Shown here: positions 1-13,681 of the stretch, piece after piece
Position numbering within the stretch: the stretch's first letter is position 1
Layout of the letters: each line of letters begins with the position of its first letter
NCBI GenBank assembly: GCA_001643675.2
Contig: LSRY02000022.1
Span: 1,302,001-1,366,000, forward strand
Length of the DNA: 64,000 nucleotides
Reading direction: 5' to 3'
Source: Monocercomonoides exilis PA203
Lineage: Eukaryota > Protista > Preaxostyla
The notes under the pieces: model-generated
Database searches by the model: none
The model's input: the letters and a program-made list of their open reading frames with translations, nothing else
What the model was told of the DNA's origin: nothing
Translations under genes and position numbers: made by a program

Positions 1-2
1 GG

Positions 3-110
3 ACAATTGTTGCAATTGTAGTGCCAATTGTTGTCGTTGTGGTTGTTGCCGTTGTTGTGGTTGTTGTTGTAATCATCGTTGTCAGGAAAAGGAAATCAAA
101 AAGTGGTTAG
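3..110 (+). CDS. 3' end (transmembrane helix plus basic stop-transfer tail) of a single-pass surface protein, paralog of 17715-20186; truncated by the window edge
   Basis: Frame 3 reads TIVAIVVPIVVVVVVAVVVVVVVIIVVRKRKSKSG*, nearly identical to GTVVAIVVPIVVVVVVAVVVIVVVIVIVKKKK of the 823-aa protein. The sequence after the TAG (EKQQEQDMSS) still resembles the paralog tail (SKEQEMST), so this copy may be degenerate. Confidence 0.8.
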   Translation, partial: TIVAIVVPIVVVVVVAVVVVVVVIIVVRKRKSKSG

Positions 111-1621
111 GAAAAGCAACAGGAACAGGATATGAGCAGTATTGGAAGCAAAAAAAAAACACGATTCTATTATTCGTCATGTTTGATAACCATCAATATT
201 TTTGATTTTGTATTTCCATTTGTAGTCATCTTTAACTCATTTTTGCAAATGGGTTCTCTTTTTTGTTTTCTTTTTGATTTGTTCTCCAATTCAATAATGT
301 ATTTCATCCAAAAGCCCACATCACTTGATTTAAAAAAGAACTTATATTGGGCAATGAAAATGAAAAACAAGATGGAAAATGGCTGATCATTCACAAGGAC
401 ACAACTCTAACAATTGCATTTTTTCGAGCTTTTTTTCTTAAGTTCTATTACAATTTCAATTCCATTTCGTTTTTGAGATGGAACTTCACTCAATTGTGAA
501 AAAGAATATCATTTGTTTGAAAAAGATTGATAAATTGTCTGGACAATGTTCAATAGTAAGCTCTGTTTCATCAGGCTTCAGAGTTCCTCTGAAGATTGTG
601 GTATTTGTCTTATCTTCACAAATAATGCATTCATATTTTGAATGGATTCATCAAAGGTTAATTCATAACATTTGGACACAATCACAGAAGAATTCAAGAA
701 AATTTCACCAAGTTGAACTTGCATTATCGTCAAGTCAAACCACCTGTCAGTCAAGAAAATTCTCATATAATATCTCAAGAAAAAACCTAAGAACAAAAGT
801 ATTTTCGTTTATTCAAAATCGAGATTGCCACCATTTCCACAACAATTGGATTTTTCAATTAATATCAGATTGAAAGAAATTAAAATCAATCGGAATTCTT
901 GCAAGTGTGAATGTTGTTAAAAAAGAAATAATATTCAATTCATCTTTCATTGAAAGTTCGAAACTGAACAAACTTGAACACTTCAAGATTTCACTTTTTT
1001 AATTTAAGTTCTCAAAGAAAAATGAACAAAAAGGATTCAGACTGAATATGAAACAAAGGATGTGCAAATTGATTAAGATGATGAATGAAAAAAGAGACTT
1101 TTTATATATTAACAATCAACAAGACCATCAAAACGAAAGAAGAATTTTTTTGTTGAAGATTAATGAAAGATAAGTTAGCACACAAACACATTTTCATTAC
1201 CGAATCAGTTATTTTAAGAATAATTGATCACAATGAACAAAGAAGGTTCATGATACAGAATAATAACACACTCTCAATTTTCACACAAATCGCTTGATGA
1301 AGAAGATAGAAGGAAGGGAAAAATTCATCTTTCAAACTTTTTTTTTTCAATATTGCTATCAAAAGATCAGGATTTATTTTGATACTGTGCTGAAAAGTGG
1401 AGAAGTGCAAGATAAACGGAAAAATGAAGATGAAGCAAAATATGGTTTTTTTCAATTTCCAGGAACAATTAAAGACACTTTTTAAATGAATAATTGAAAG
1501 ACGAATTGAATGAATCTTGATGATCATTGGATTGGTTGAAAGTGATTTTTCAAACCGTTTTTAATTTATGAACGAAAAACCACATATGGGAGGCTAAGAT
1601 TGTCCTGAATGAACTTATATA

Positions 1622-3662
1622 GGGTCAGTTATTTATCGGGACACTTTTTTTTAATAAAAACCTTGTTTTTTTTATTTTTGAAAAAAATTAAAAAAAAACA
1701 CAAATGACAAATCCAATTTATGTATAACTTTTCTTTTTTTTTTTCCTTTCAATTTCATTGATTTTTTCCTGTTCATTTTCATGATCATCTTCTTTCACTT
1801 CATATTTTCTCTTTATTTTTTCATTTCAACCAAAGACTCTGATACACTATCGTCTTTTTGATCTGCTTTTTTCATTTCTTCTTAGGAATTCTTTTCATCA
1901 TCAACTTTTTCTTCTTTTTCAGCTTTTTCTTCTTCTTTTATTCCTAAATGTTCACTCCAATCATTCAGAAGCTTCTCATCAGTTATTAACTTTCCATTGA
2001 AGTCGAATCTGTTTCAATGAGTTGAAGGTTGATATTCCGATGTTTCTGGCAGCTTCATGAGAATCGATCCAGATTCGTTATGAAGAACTCCACTCGTTGC
2101 GAAGGCTTTTTTAATGATAGCAGGTGAGAGTGCGGAATGAATTGCTTGAGGGAGAACATCCACAAATGCTGTTCTTTTTTATGAAGATGTCGACAAAGAT
2201 GGAGGATCATATTTTGTTTGAAGTTCTGTTTTGAGAACAGCGAAGACTATTTAGTCAAGCAGCTGGATGTTGTGTGTGAGGAATGAAGGAAACAACGTCG
2301 ATATTTTCTTTTTGAAATTCTCTCCAGATTGACGGATCTGCTATAGAAATGTGTGAGTCGATAAAAACCAATCAGCAAGAGTTTTCTAGTGACATGCGCT
2401 TTCTGTGGTCGACAATTTATGGAAGAAGTTTTGAAAGTGCTTTCTTATTGAATTGGTTGCATCCCATTCAACTACTTCCGTTCGGACAGATATCCAGAGT
2501 TTTTCATAGCTGCAGCTTCACTTCATCAGGAAGGCTCTTGCAAGACCGTAGAATCACAGAAGGAAGTGCAAACCATCTTCAGTCACAGCAGCAACTTGAG
2601 TGGAATTAACCATTTTGGTGATCCTTTGCGAAATCCTGGATTTTCATTTTTTTGGATGAACCACGTTCAGCTTTGAATTGGTTGGAACTCTTCGTGATGA
2701 TTGGTCCATATTCAATATTTGTTCTTTGAAATGATCAATTTTATCTTGAGAACCCTCCAGTTATGAATTATAGGGATGCTGAACACTTTGGCATAACACC
2801 TCAAGGCGATTAACATCAACAATTTTGGAGCGTTTCTCTTCAGCTTGAAATGGCGCTTCACAAATTGATAAGCTGTGGCAATTGAAACGTTTATGAATAA
2901 GGTTTCTTTGTCATCTGTATCATTAATCGCATTTTCCATCTTATGTATTTATTAGGATTATTAATTATTTTAGAACAACAAACAAGTTCGCGAACTTTCA
3001 GGATAGGCAAACAGCTTCCAGATTTTGATTCAATGATGATCTCTTCCTGCACAATTTGTTCTTTGTCTCCTATAACAAATTGCGGTCTTCCCACTTTTGA
3101 AACCAGCCTTTTGCTTCTCAGCGCCCGAACAGCGTTTTTGATCCTTTTTCGTGAGAATTCCATGGAGTTTATAGCGTCTGTAATCCTGACAACTCCATCA
3201 ACCACAATGCGCGCCATCCGTTCCAGCCGATTGTCAATCCTTCTGTAATCGAAAGATTTCATTGCAGCACGTAATTTCCTTTGTCCAGCAATTCTCTTTT
3301 GTTCCACAGCAATTTTCATTTTTTTATTATAGTTATGTTCTTAAGTCCAATTTATTTATTTATTAAATTTAATTTTCAATTTTCATTGAAAATGTATTTT
3401 TATTTTCATTTAATACGAATTTAAATGGTTTTACGCACCTTGAAACCCACCTTTTTATTTATTTTTTTCGATGGAAGGGATTAACGCACCCTTCTCCCTC
3501 CCATTGGAAATAAACTTCGTATTCAAATGAAATTATCCTAATTTTCAGGGTTTGCTTATATACTGATAATGTTTATAAATATTCAAAAAGTTGGAAATTT
3601 TAATTTTCTATTCAAAAATTTAGGCACTGTTAAAGAAAAATGTCCCTTCAAATCACTGACCC
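1622..3662 (-). mobile_element. Decayed Tc1/mariner-superfamily (pogo/Tigger-like) DNA transposon with ~30-bp imperfect TIRs
   Basis: Left end gggtcagttatttatcgggacactttt versus reverse complement of right end gggtcagtgatttgaagggacattttt. It encloses a broken transposase. TSD not clearly resolved. Confidence 0.8.
1900..3319 (-). pseudogene. DDE_1-type transposase pseudogene with one 44-nt intron (2940-2983); 3' boundary approximate
   Basis: Exon 1 has an HTH-like region with a GRP motif (KVGRPQF). A gtttgt...cataag intron joins it in frame to MENAIND.... Downstream frameshifted fragments read VFIDSHIS, NIDVVSFIPHT and IQLLD, resembling the pogo DxHxSH ... PxHTT..LQPLD motifs. Multiple stops. 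Confidence 0.75.
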
Positions 3663-5065
3663 CATTTTCTGAAATACGATTTTATTCTTATTGGAGGATG
3701 ACAAACTGATTGAAAATCCTATTGAAAAGAGAGTTTTTAACACTTTTCTGTATTTATCAAAATCATCTTTCCAATTCATTGTCTTTTAGGAGTTCTTGTT
3801 ATAAATTGATTACACATTTCAATAGAAGATAATGATCTTTCATTTCATTTCATTTGGCATGAAATTAGTCCAAAGGATTGAAGGTTGGTCTTTCGTTTTA
3901 AAAAAGATTTCTTTGGATCAAAATGGAGAATAATTTGTTTTATTTTAAAAATTGTTTTCCATTCCTCAAAATATGCAATAATGCAAAAGAAAAAATTACG
4001 ATTGGAGAGATATTGTGACTATAACAACAAAACCTTATTGCCAGCTTTGATAAATGTTTCATGAAGGAGAGACAAAGAGTCAGATATCAAAGTTGGATAT
4101 GAATATCTTCATAACTTTCACCATAATTAATAGAAAGAAATGATAACCTCAGACGTGAAACATTGTTTTGATGAACAGGAAAATGCCAGTTTGAAGTGGA
4201 AAGTTCCTGAAATAATTTTATTTTCATTTTCAAGATTAATGAATAAAACGACATTTGATTACTCATTCATCACTTATACCCAACTGGTCTTTATCATGTC
4301 CTTTCAAAAAAACATCAGTCTGAGATGAATGAAATTTCATATGTGGTTTTCAGTAGTATCAGACCAAAATCAAAAATATGGAATATCAAACAAAGGTCAA
4401 TCCGATTCGAACTCTTCATGATTGTGTTTTCAATCCAAAAATATTCAACAAATTCCAAAAAATGAAAAAATCAATTGTGAGAAATATTGAAAAACCAAAG
4501 GTTTTGAGGAGAACGCGAAAATTAAAAAACAAACAAATGAAAGATAAAAAACCAGTTGCGAAACATCTTTTGGAACATTTTGTGTTTTGCAAAGAAGAAA
4601 TAAAAGGGAGAGAGAGAAAAATAGAAAAATAATTTGAAAAAAAAAATTATTTGAATGATTTACATAGGAAAAGAAAAACGACTAACTTCCTAAAATTCCT
4701 TCAACTCAAACAGCACTTTCAATAATGCGTTCTTCCGGATCTTCTGATCCATCTTTTTTGACATTCTCTTGAATGAATAACTTTCAGTGATGAAACGGAA
4801 AATAATTCTTTTCCTCTGATGAATTCTCTCTCTTTCTCTATTTTTCAAAGTAAAATCCAAAAATATTTTTAACTCATCCTCGTCCATTCTCGTCCATCCT
4901 CATATTTTCTTTTTTCCTCTTTAACTTTGCATCAACAAAATTCTCCTTTCAATAATGTTGCCATGCTTTCAACTTCCTTTTTCAACACTCTCTTTATCAC
5001 ACTTCTCACAACATAATTTTTCCTCTCCTTTAACACCAAAAGAATTTAACTGATTATCGCTTCTT

Positions 5066-5854
5066 TTGTTGTTCATTCTTTTTCTTCATGACGAACTCTC
5101 TCTTTCTTATCCTAACTTGCACTCATGCCTTGTTCACTTCGCATCACTCACCGCTCCCCTCACCCTCAACTCCTCCAACATCACCAGCATCACCTCCACA
5201 ACCACCCCCACCAGCTGTGTCCTCTCCTCTGCCACCTCCCCTGTTCTCTCCCTCTCCCTCGCCAACTGCACCATCACCAACATCAACTCAGAACAGTTCA
5301 GCCAACAGACTGCTACCAATGGCGGGTGCATCTCATTCGCCTCATCTGCCCCTTCCAACTCCTTTTCAGTGAGTGACACAAATTTCTCCACCTGCTCTGT
5401 GAGCGAGGATACAAGTTCTGGAGGAAGAGGCGGTGCTCTCATGATCGAGTACAAGGATAATTCAGAAGTGTCATCCACAACCTTTTCCATCACCAATATC
5501 GTGTTTTCTGCCAACAAGGCCAGTGTCGGAAGAGATCTGTATTTTGTGTGCGAATCCCTTGTCGCTTCTGTGAAAGAGCCCTTGTTCGCCTTCATGAGAA
5601 GCATCACTCAGAAAGACAACTCGATTGTTGGGCATTACAGAACAGAAGCATTTGGTGATTGGAATATCGATTTGTTTATATTTCTCAACAGGTATGCAGC
5701 TGACAATGAATATGCGAATGATCATCTTGATATCAAAGCAATGAATTGTTGGACATCAAAGATGCCCTGCAAGGGCACACGCAATGCGACGGGGCTTCTG
5801 AAGAAGGTGCAGATCATAAGGCACAAATCATTTCATCAGCTGACTTGTCGGTGA
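5066..5854 (+). pseudogene. Fragment of a Ser/Thr-rich beta-helix-like (GGA/GGC-repeat) surface protein family
   Basis: The ORF contains NGGCISF, GGRGGALMI and FSANKASVGRDLYF motifs. It has no proper ATG start or membrane anchor, and the tail drifts out of character. Confidence 0.5.
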
Positions 5855-8800
5855 AAATATGTGCAAGTGACGACAAGGTCGAAGATATTTGAAGAGAAGG
5901 CACACAAAATAGAAGAAAACATCTCACATGTGCATTTGATGAAATCAACATTGCTTGTCGGACATTTATTCTCTTCTTTCATAGAATTTTCCATTAAATA
6001 TGCCTTTTCAAATAAAGAAGTTTCCTTCATCGTCTCATCTTCTGCGACTTTTTGAAGGCATGTGGACTTGCGAAATCTCTCGAAAAACATCCCTGCAACT
6101 GTATGTTCAAAGAAATCTTTTCCCACTTTGTTCTTTCTGCTTCCTGTAATTCTTTCAATCTCAAATTAAATTATGTTGGGCAATCTTCATGGATTGCGTG
6201 CCTGATGATCATCTATTCTTGGCTTGACATTGAACCATTTTCATTGAAATATAATTTCAGCTGATGTTCTGTGATAGAATAAATATACGTTTTGTGTTTC
6301 CGAAAAGAAAATAAAAGATGACGTCTAACGCTGAATTTGACGGAGTTGAATGAAATGAAAATATCAGTTTTCATTCGTTCATCAAAAAGGGCGTTGAAGA
6401 AGAAAAGGATGATCACAATTGTTGAAAAGAAGATAAATGCTGTGTGAAAGTGCGAATGAATGAGGAAGAATGAAGTTGAAGAAGAAGAGGAATAATAATA
6501 AGAAGAAGAAGAACTTGGTTCAGATTGAGTGAGAAGAAGAGAAAGAGAAAAGTGCCGAAGGATATGATTCAACTGCACATCCAGAGGAGACGATGGAGGC
6601 GACAGAGTGTGTAAGAGAAGCAATGATAGAAGCTGTTGAGATGTTAGACGAATGGAATGAGTGTAGTGAGTCGATGTCTGGAAGATAGTCGCTGAGTGAA
6701 GAAGTCATGGCAGCCAATGAATCATCGTGTGAAGAGGTGTTGTGTGAGGCACATGGAAGGTGGGATGAATGAATAGTGCAGGGGATAAAGAGGAGCACCG
6801 AAGGAAGATAGGGAGGAGATGGCAGATAGCTGCGGGATGTGACAGTTAGCAGAAGAAGGATCCGACCGGAAGCTGAAGGAAAACAGAGGGATTCTGCTAG
6901 AGGCGATGAGAGAAAGGTGACCTATGTGCAGGTTGTTTGGCTGTGGGTTCTTTGTTCCAGTTGAAAATGAGTGGAAGGATTTCGTTGCGGAGAGTCGTGT
7001 CGTCGTCCGCGAAGAAGAAACAAGGAAACATGAAGGAACGTGGAATCGGATAAAGTGGAGCGATTCCTATGCGAAGGGCGTAACCAGTTCAGGTCTAAAA
7101 GAGAGACAAGTGCCACAGAAGGCGACAGAAACTTATAAGATGGTACTAAAAGAAGAAGATTCACTGAGGGAAACAAAAGAGGCGAAGGGATGTTTCAAGC
7201 GCTGTGTTGCTCGCAGATGAAGGAGGGGATGCGAGAAAGAGCAGACCGCCACACTTTTGAGGATGAAGGGACAGCCAGCCCCAGTTGCACAGCTGACGGA
7301 ATCCCAACACCAGACGCTCTAAAGCAGCCGTCTGGTGTGAAGGAGAACCCGAAGCTCGAGGGAGTGACATAGAGAGAGTTCGCTTTTTCGGTGAGGGAGA
7401 GGAGAGATGTGGAGGAAGAGGAGGAAGACGACGAAGGAAGATGCTGATGAATATTTTTGTAATAAATTTGGAAGAAGAAGAAGAAGAATGAGAAGGGGAA
7501 GAAGGGGAAGAAGGGGAAGAAGAGGAAGAGGAAGAGGAAGAAGCAGAAGAGGAAGAGGAATAAGCAGAAGAGGAAGAATAAGTTGTTGAGTAGATAAAAA
7601 TAAGAATGAGAAGGGGAAGAATGAATATATTCCTTCATCATCTTTCACGAAATGTTGGATTTTCTTATCGAAGAAAACGATGATGAAGTTGTTGCTAATG
7701 CAGATGTTGATGATGATTGTGATTAATCATTTTCTTCATTTCCTTTTTTCCCATCTTTTTCTTTCTTCTCTTGTTTTTGTTCTCACATGGAACTGACGCT
7801 TTGAAGCGTTTTTTTTAATTTCTCTTGTGAATTTTCCCCTCTTTTTGTTTGCAACTTCATAGCTGCTCCACACAAATGATGCATTTGACAAGTTAATAAC
7901 AATATCATCTTCATCATCATTGTTATATTCTTCTTCTTCTTCCATTCCTTTTTCTTTATCTCTTTCTTTCTCTTCTTCTCCTCTTCCTTTTATTTCCTTT
8001 TCAACACTTTTTTTAGAGTTTTCTTTGAAAAACCAAACTTCTTTTATCATCATCGTCAGTACCACTTTTTTGATTCTTCTTTGTTTGCGAGTGAAATCAA
8101 ACTTTTGTTTTCCTTTTCAAATTCATCGATAAATCAGCAATTCCTTCTTTCTCTTCGCCTTCTTCTCCTTCTTTTCCTGCATTTCCTTCTCCCTTTTCAT
8201 CCACATTTCCCTCTTCTCCCTATTCTCTTTCTATTCCTTCGCATCTGTCAGCAAACTCTCTTCACTGAAGCAGCATCTCCATTCTATTAATGCAGCTTTT
8301 CTCCATCCAGAAGCTGTTTAACATCGACGGAATATCATCCAGTGCTATTCAAGCGACTAAACTGTGCTTGTTGAAGGAAAGGTGGAAAGACACTTTCAAA
8401 GGCAGATGCTGCAAGAAGCTCAGGGAAATAAGCACGACGAAGGCGAGCGCATTCACAAGCGACTGCATTTTCCTTTGATGGAATTGGTGATAATCTACGG
8501 TAAGGATTAGTTTTGAGTGAAAAATTTTTTAAATTTGCAAAAGAAGTCAGAATATAAAAAAAAAAAAGATTGGAAATTTACAATCAAAATGAGGTGATAC
8601 CATTTTTAATAATAAGCTCATCTTCTTGCCTCTCAAATTGAAGCTGCTTATCTTTTATCATTTCTTCCCTGTCGTTTCTTTTTATAAACTGAAGTCAAAA
8701 GAACAGCGATGAAACACCAAAAGAAAAAGAAAAGGAAAAAAGTGAAAGTGAAAACGCGAAATCATCATTGCTGAAAAAGTTAAAAGAATTTTTATTTTTT

Positions 8801-9974
8801 ATAATTTCTTTCTTTCTTGTTTAAATAAGAATTGTACAAATATTACATAAACTAGATAACACACCTCAATTTGATCAAATACTTCAATCGCAATCTGTTC
8901 TATCCTACCAGATTCGCTTCGTTCTCTCTTGTGCTGTTTCTGTGTTTGCTTTGAAATCCACTCAGAAATCGGTGAAACAATGAAAATCATCAAAACAATC
9001 CAAAACGATGATTTTTCAGAAAACGTAACAAGCGCATTCACAGAAAATACACATCAAGTGGCAACACAATTAAACGATTAATATGTTGAAATGAACTCAA
9101 CTCGGTTGCAATTTAATTTCGATATTGGATCAACCTCCCTTTTCCATCTCGAATTTTTTTAACTTCGTTCAATTTCAAAATCTTTTGGAATAGAATCTCT
9201 TTTAATGCTCTTCTAACAATGCAGCCCAATGTTGTCTTGATAAATTCTCTTATGCGTTCAATTATCATGCGCTCGAGCACCATCAAAAATGTGAATTGTT
9301 GAAAGCTTAATCCCCTCCATCAATCCTCTTTCAGCCTGGATGGCCCACTCAAGAAACGAACAAATAACAAAAGTAACCTGATCCCTCAAAACTTTACTCA
9401 ATACATTAAATTTGAAACATTCAATGAAACCAGCAAACATTTTGAAATTACAGAAAAAATCATTTCTGACAAGGAAAGCTTCCAAATAACTCTAAAAATG
9501 AGTGCAACAATTGAAATGCTAATGTTCAATGCAGTGATGTGATATACACCTAATTAATGAACAAACTGTCGCTTTTTTGTCACTTTTTTGTTGAGTTCAA
9601 AAATGAACCAAATTTCCCCTTCTTTATTCCACTCTGAATGTTGAAATAGAATTTTTTCACATTTAGTGTCATAAACGGGATATTTTTTTAGACGTTCAAC
9701 TATTCATCGAAATTCAATCCAGATCCTTGAAATAAATTATTGTTTATCTGATCATAAAGAAATTATTTTTATTTGTATTTGACTTAATACTGCTAATACC
9801 GTTAGCATCTTTGTGATTTCTATTTCATACTGATATTTACGAAGCAAAGCAATTCTCATTGGTCTGCAATAAGTTGATTTTATCGATTATCAATCATATT
9901 TGTTGTTTTTGTTATTTTGTTTAAAATATGATACTTTGTGCAATTGATCTTTACAAATATAACGCAGAATAGAA

Positions 9975-11400
9975 ATGTGTGATGAAGGCATATCCGATAA
10001 TTTTCTCCTGAACATATTCGTCAGAGATAAGTTTTCGAGTTTGTGAATTTTTCTATTTTTTGAGTGTTCAGCGCTTTCCATCATTAATAAATTTATTGAA
10101 GAAATGCTTCAAGAATTGGAGCATTATTCAGAAAACGAACAGAAAGAAAAAATTGAAGAAATGAACGGACTTGTGGAGGAAATGGACGAAGAAATGCTCG
10201 ATTCTGTTGTAACAGAAGAATTGTTCGACAACATGCACAAAATGATTAAAGAAGAGAAATTTTCAATGGAAAATTTAGTTTTTCTTTTGAAATGCATCGG
10301 GTGTTGCAATTCTATGAATGGAAGAGGATTTCTTGTCTTTGAAAGATCTGCATTGAACAAATGGATGATAGAGATGATAATTGATGAAAATGAGAAGAAT
10401 ACAGAAGAAAAGAATGAAAAGCTTCTTGTTGACCTTTGCGAATGCTATCTTGTGCTTCTCTACGATCTTCCTTCAGAATTTTATTCGATTTTCTTTCCAT
10501 GTCTCCTTAATGTTGCTTCAAACAAAGATGAAGACAAGAAGACACAAAAAGAAGTGGAAATGGCATTGTTTGCTTTGTGTTGCATTGGCACGTTTTCCGT
10601 ATGAGATATTCTGTTCAGCTTTTAACGTTATTATTTTTTCTATTTATATTTTTAATTAGGTTGTGCCGGAAGAACTGTATTTAAATAAAATCAAAGAGAT
10701 TATAGAATATCATCAGGAGCATCGCAACCTGACACGATTTGCTTATCAATCTGCTTTATTGTTTTTAAAAGACAGATTAAATATGGAAGAAGACCAGTGG
10801 ACCGTAATTGCGAAAGAAGAACATTTTGTGAGAGAGGTGGCAAGAGAAATGAGTGAGCTAATGGAAAATGTGGATTGGAAGAAAAAAGAAGAAAAAAAGA
10901 CGGGAACAAAAATGAAAGATTTTACCATTGTGAAAAGATGGTGCAGCGAGCTTATCAATTTTTTTTTGTGTAGCAAAGTTTATAATGAAGAGTTTGTTGG
11001 CTTGATTGCTTGCATGACAAGGCTGTGCAGAGCTGCAAAAGAGAATTACGAAGAAATTACCATTTTCTGTTGCAATGATTTGGTGAACATGATGAGAAAC
11101 AGGCCAATTCTGGCAATTGTGCATGACATGATGGAAGGCGGAGCCTTTGAATTCTTTTTGGAGGAAATTAACCGACCAATGCTTGATGAAAATAGTTTAA
11201 GACTTTGTTTGATGTTTTTTATTGAGATTTCAAGCCGAATGAAAGAAAAGGAGGATGATGAAAAGGAGGAAGCGAAAAGGAAGAGGTTGAAAAGACATTT
11301 TTTCGAAAGGATGGAAGAAGAAGGATTTGAAGATGCAGTCTTAAGCTTTTATAAAAGACTGGATTATATAAATAGAGTCATTATGGTGACTTATCCTTGA
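9975..11400 (+). CDS. Hypothetical alpha-helical protein of an expanded family, about 443 aa, 3 exons (9975-10038, 10072-10598, 10660-11400)
   Basis: ORFs 10104-10604 and 10663-11400 join in frame through the intron gtatga...aattag (10599-10659). An upstream ATG at 9975 joins in frame through a 33-nt gtttgt...ttcag intron (10039-10071). Clear paralog at 12392-13681. Confidence 0.8.
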
Positions 11401-11525
11401 TTATTTCCGATTATTTTGTGAATGTTTGAGGAAATGAGGTGAATTGCGTTTTGCAAAACAAAAGAAATTAATTTCTTTTTTCTTTTTTTATTGCTGTTTC
11501 ACAATTTTGTAACTGTTATTTTCAT

Positions 11526-11527
<2 letters not shown>

Positions 11528-11584
<57 letters not shown>

Positions 11585-11660
11585 TTTATTTTTTTATTTA
11601 TTTATTTATTTTTATTTATTTATTTATTTATTTATTTATTTGTTTTTTGTTTTTTGTTTT
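11528..11660. repeat. Poly-T run (about 55 nt) followed by (TTTA)n
   Basis: Directly visible. Confidence 0.9.
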
Positions 11661-12391
11661 TTATTTTTACAATTTCTTGAAAATGGGTTAAAATTTCTGC
11701 CTTTTTATAAAAAAAACCTGGATTTGTTTCAAACTTTTTCTTCTCTTTAATCAAAATAAATCTGACGTTTTAAATGATCCAAAACACTATGGAAAAGATA
11801 TTGAATAACAAAAAAGATTCAAAAATGTGTTCAAGAACAAAATTAAGAAAGAAAAAATTTCTTAACGGTTCATAATTATATCTTTTAAATAATCTTGAAT
11901 TACGACTGCTATTCTGCATTTGTGTGATACTTGCGTTTTTTCAAGAGCATTATTTTCGTTTCAAAGCATTTTAAGTATCTTTAAAGTTCATTGCTTCTAA
12001 TCCTGATGTTACAAAAAACATATCGCTTTCCACAACGTCATCTGTACACCCGCAAAACATCTGAATTGTAATTTTCAACAAAAATATTTTTCTTCTTCCT
12101 TTCAATTGAAGCACCGTCAAACAAGCACAATTGTTTATTTCTATCTTTGCATCGAAAATCAGTAAGGTTTAGCAAATTTTGTCATTTTGGTTCAAAGTTT
12201 GATTTTTTTGTGGATGTTTCAGAAAAATCACATTCATAAAAGAGGAAATACGTTTTTCCAATCATTCGAAATTCGAACAAATGAAGAATTCAAAATCTGT
12301 GAAGTGGAATTGCAAACATCGAAGTGATTTGAAAAATAAATTAATTAATAAATAAAATGCATCATCAATAAACAATGCTATCTTCTTAATG

Positions 12392-13681
12392 CTAATAAAA
12401 AGAATCAGATACGCCTATTGTTGCATCACAAAAATTCAATCCAGCGAAGAAGTCTTCATACCCATCTTCTTCCATCTTTTCATACACTTTTCTTTTCATC
12501 TCTATTCGTTTTATCTCCTCTTCTTTTCCTTTCATTTCCTCTTTCCTATTTTCTTCTTTCAATCTTTCACAAATATTCTCGAAAAATCGCAAGCAATGAA
12601 ATGCTGTTTTGTCGTTCATTGTTGATCGATTCATTTCCCCCAACAAAGTTTTGATTGTTCCTCCATTCAACAAGTCTTCAACTTTCACAACTCTATTTTC
12701 TGCTGCATTTCTCAAGGGATAAGTGCAATAATCGCTAATATCTCTGCAATTATCCTTCGCTGCTTGATATATCTGAACAATGTTTTTGAGCAGCCCAACA
12801 TTATCTTTATTCTTCAATCGACAACTTTGAAAATAAATTGCACATGTTTCGACCCATCTCATCAATGCCAATTCTTCTTTCGCTTCTTCTTTGCTCATTT
12901 CCTCTTCATTCTTCTTCCAATCAATGCATTTCATCAACTCTTCCAATTTTCGCCTTGCTTCTCTCGCAAAACGCAGCTCATTCGCAACAACTCTTTCGAT
13001 GGGTTCGTCTCCGTAGAATCTGCAAATCAAAAAGTACCAAGCAGACAGATAGGCAAGTCGAGCCAGATTCTTGTGCTTCTGTTGATGCTCGATGATTTCT
13101 GTAATTTCCTTCAAATACAGTTCTTGTTTAATTTTCTATTTAAAAATAAAGGGAAAAAAAACAATTCAATAATGTCAAAAATGAAAAAGAAGTGCCCATA
13201 CATAAAATTTGTTAATGCAGCTCAAAGACAACAAGGCAATTTCCACTTCTTTTCGAGTCTCTTCGCTTTCCTCTTTATTCAACGCAACTTTGAGGAGACA
13301 AGGCACACAAATCGATAACAATTCAGATGGGAAATCATGATGAAGAGAAATATAGCATTCGCAAAGGTCATCCAAAAGCCTTTCGTTCTTTTCTTCTATT
13401 CTCCTTTCTTCTTCAATTATCATCCCTGGCATTCTTTTTCTCAATGATGAATCATCAAAAGAATAACAAAAAAAGCTTTTCAATTCCTTACAATATCCAG
13501 CTTGCTTCAACAACAAGATTGCGTTTCCCCAAGATAATGTCTTTTCTTCAATCATTTGATTGATTTTATCTAACTGCTCTTTCTTGAAAACAGATTCAAG
13601 TTCCTCGTAATTCATTTCATCCATAAACACATTCACTTCTTCGATAATCTGTTTCTGTTCTGCTTCAGTGAATTGTTCCAA
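12392..13681 (-). CDS. Paralog of the 9975-11400 protein, convergent; intron 13136-13201; 5' end uncertain
   Basis: Shared motifs EKNE(K/R)LL.DLCECY, PCLL.VA.NK.E, KEVE.AL, ELYL..I.EII.(Y/H), MEE(E/D)G(F/Y)ED. The in-frame gtatgg...aaatag intron sits at the same position as in the paralog. Confidence 0.8.

Noticed and set aside
108-140. TAG read-through suggesting TAR=Gln as in some oxymonads
   Set aside because: The 823-aa gene and both helical-family genes have no internal TAA/TAG and the 823-aa gene ends in TAG; a nonsense mutation is more parsimonious.
6200-8500. Many short overlapping ORFs rich in F/S/L or R/E/G (also 14800-17200)
   Set aside because: They arise from low-complexity purine/pyrimidine tracts and decayed fragments; no supportable gene model.
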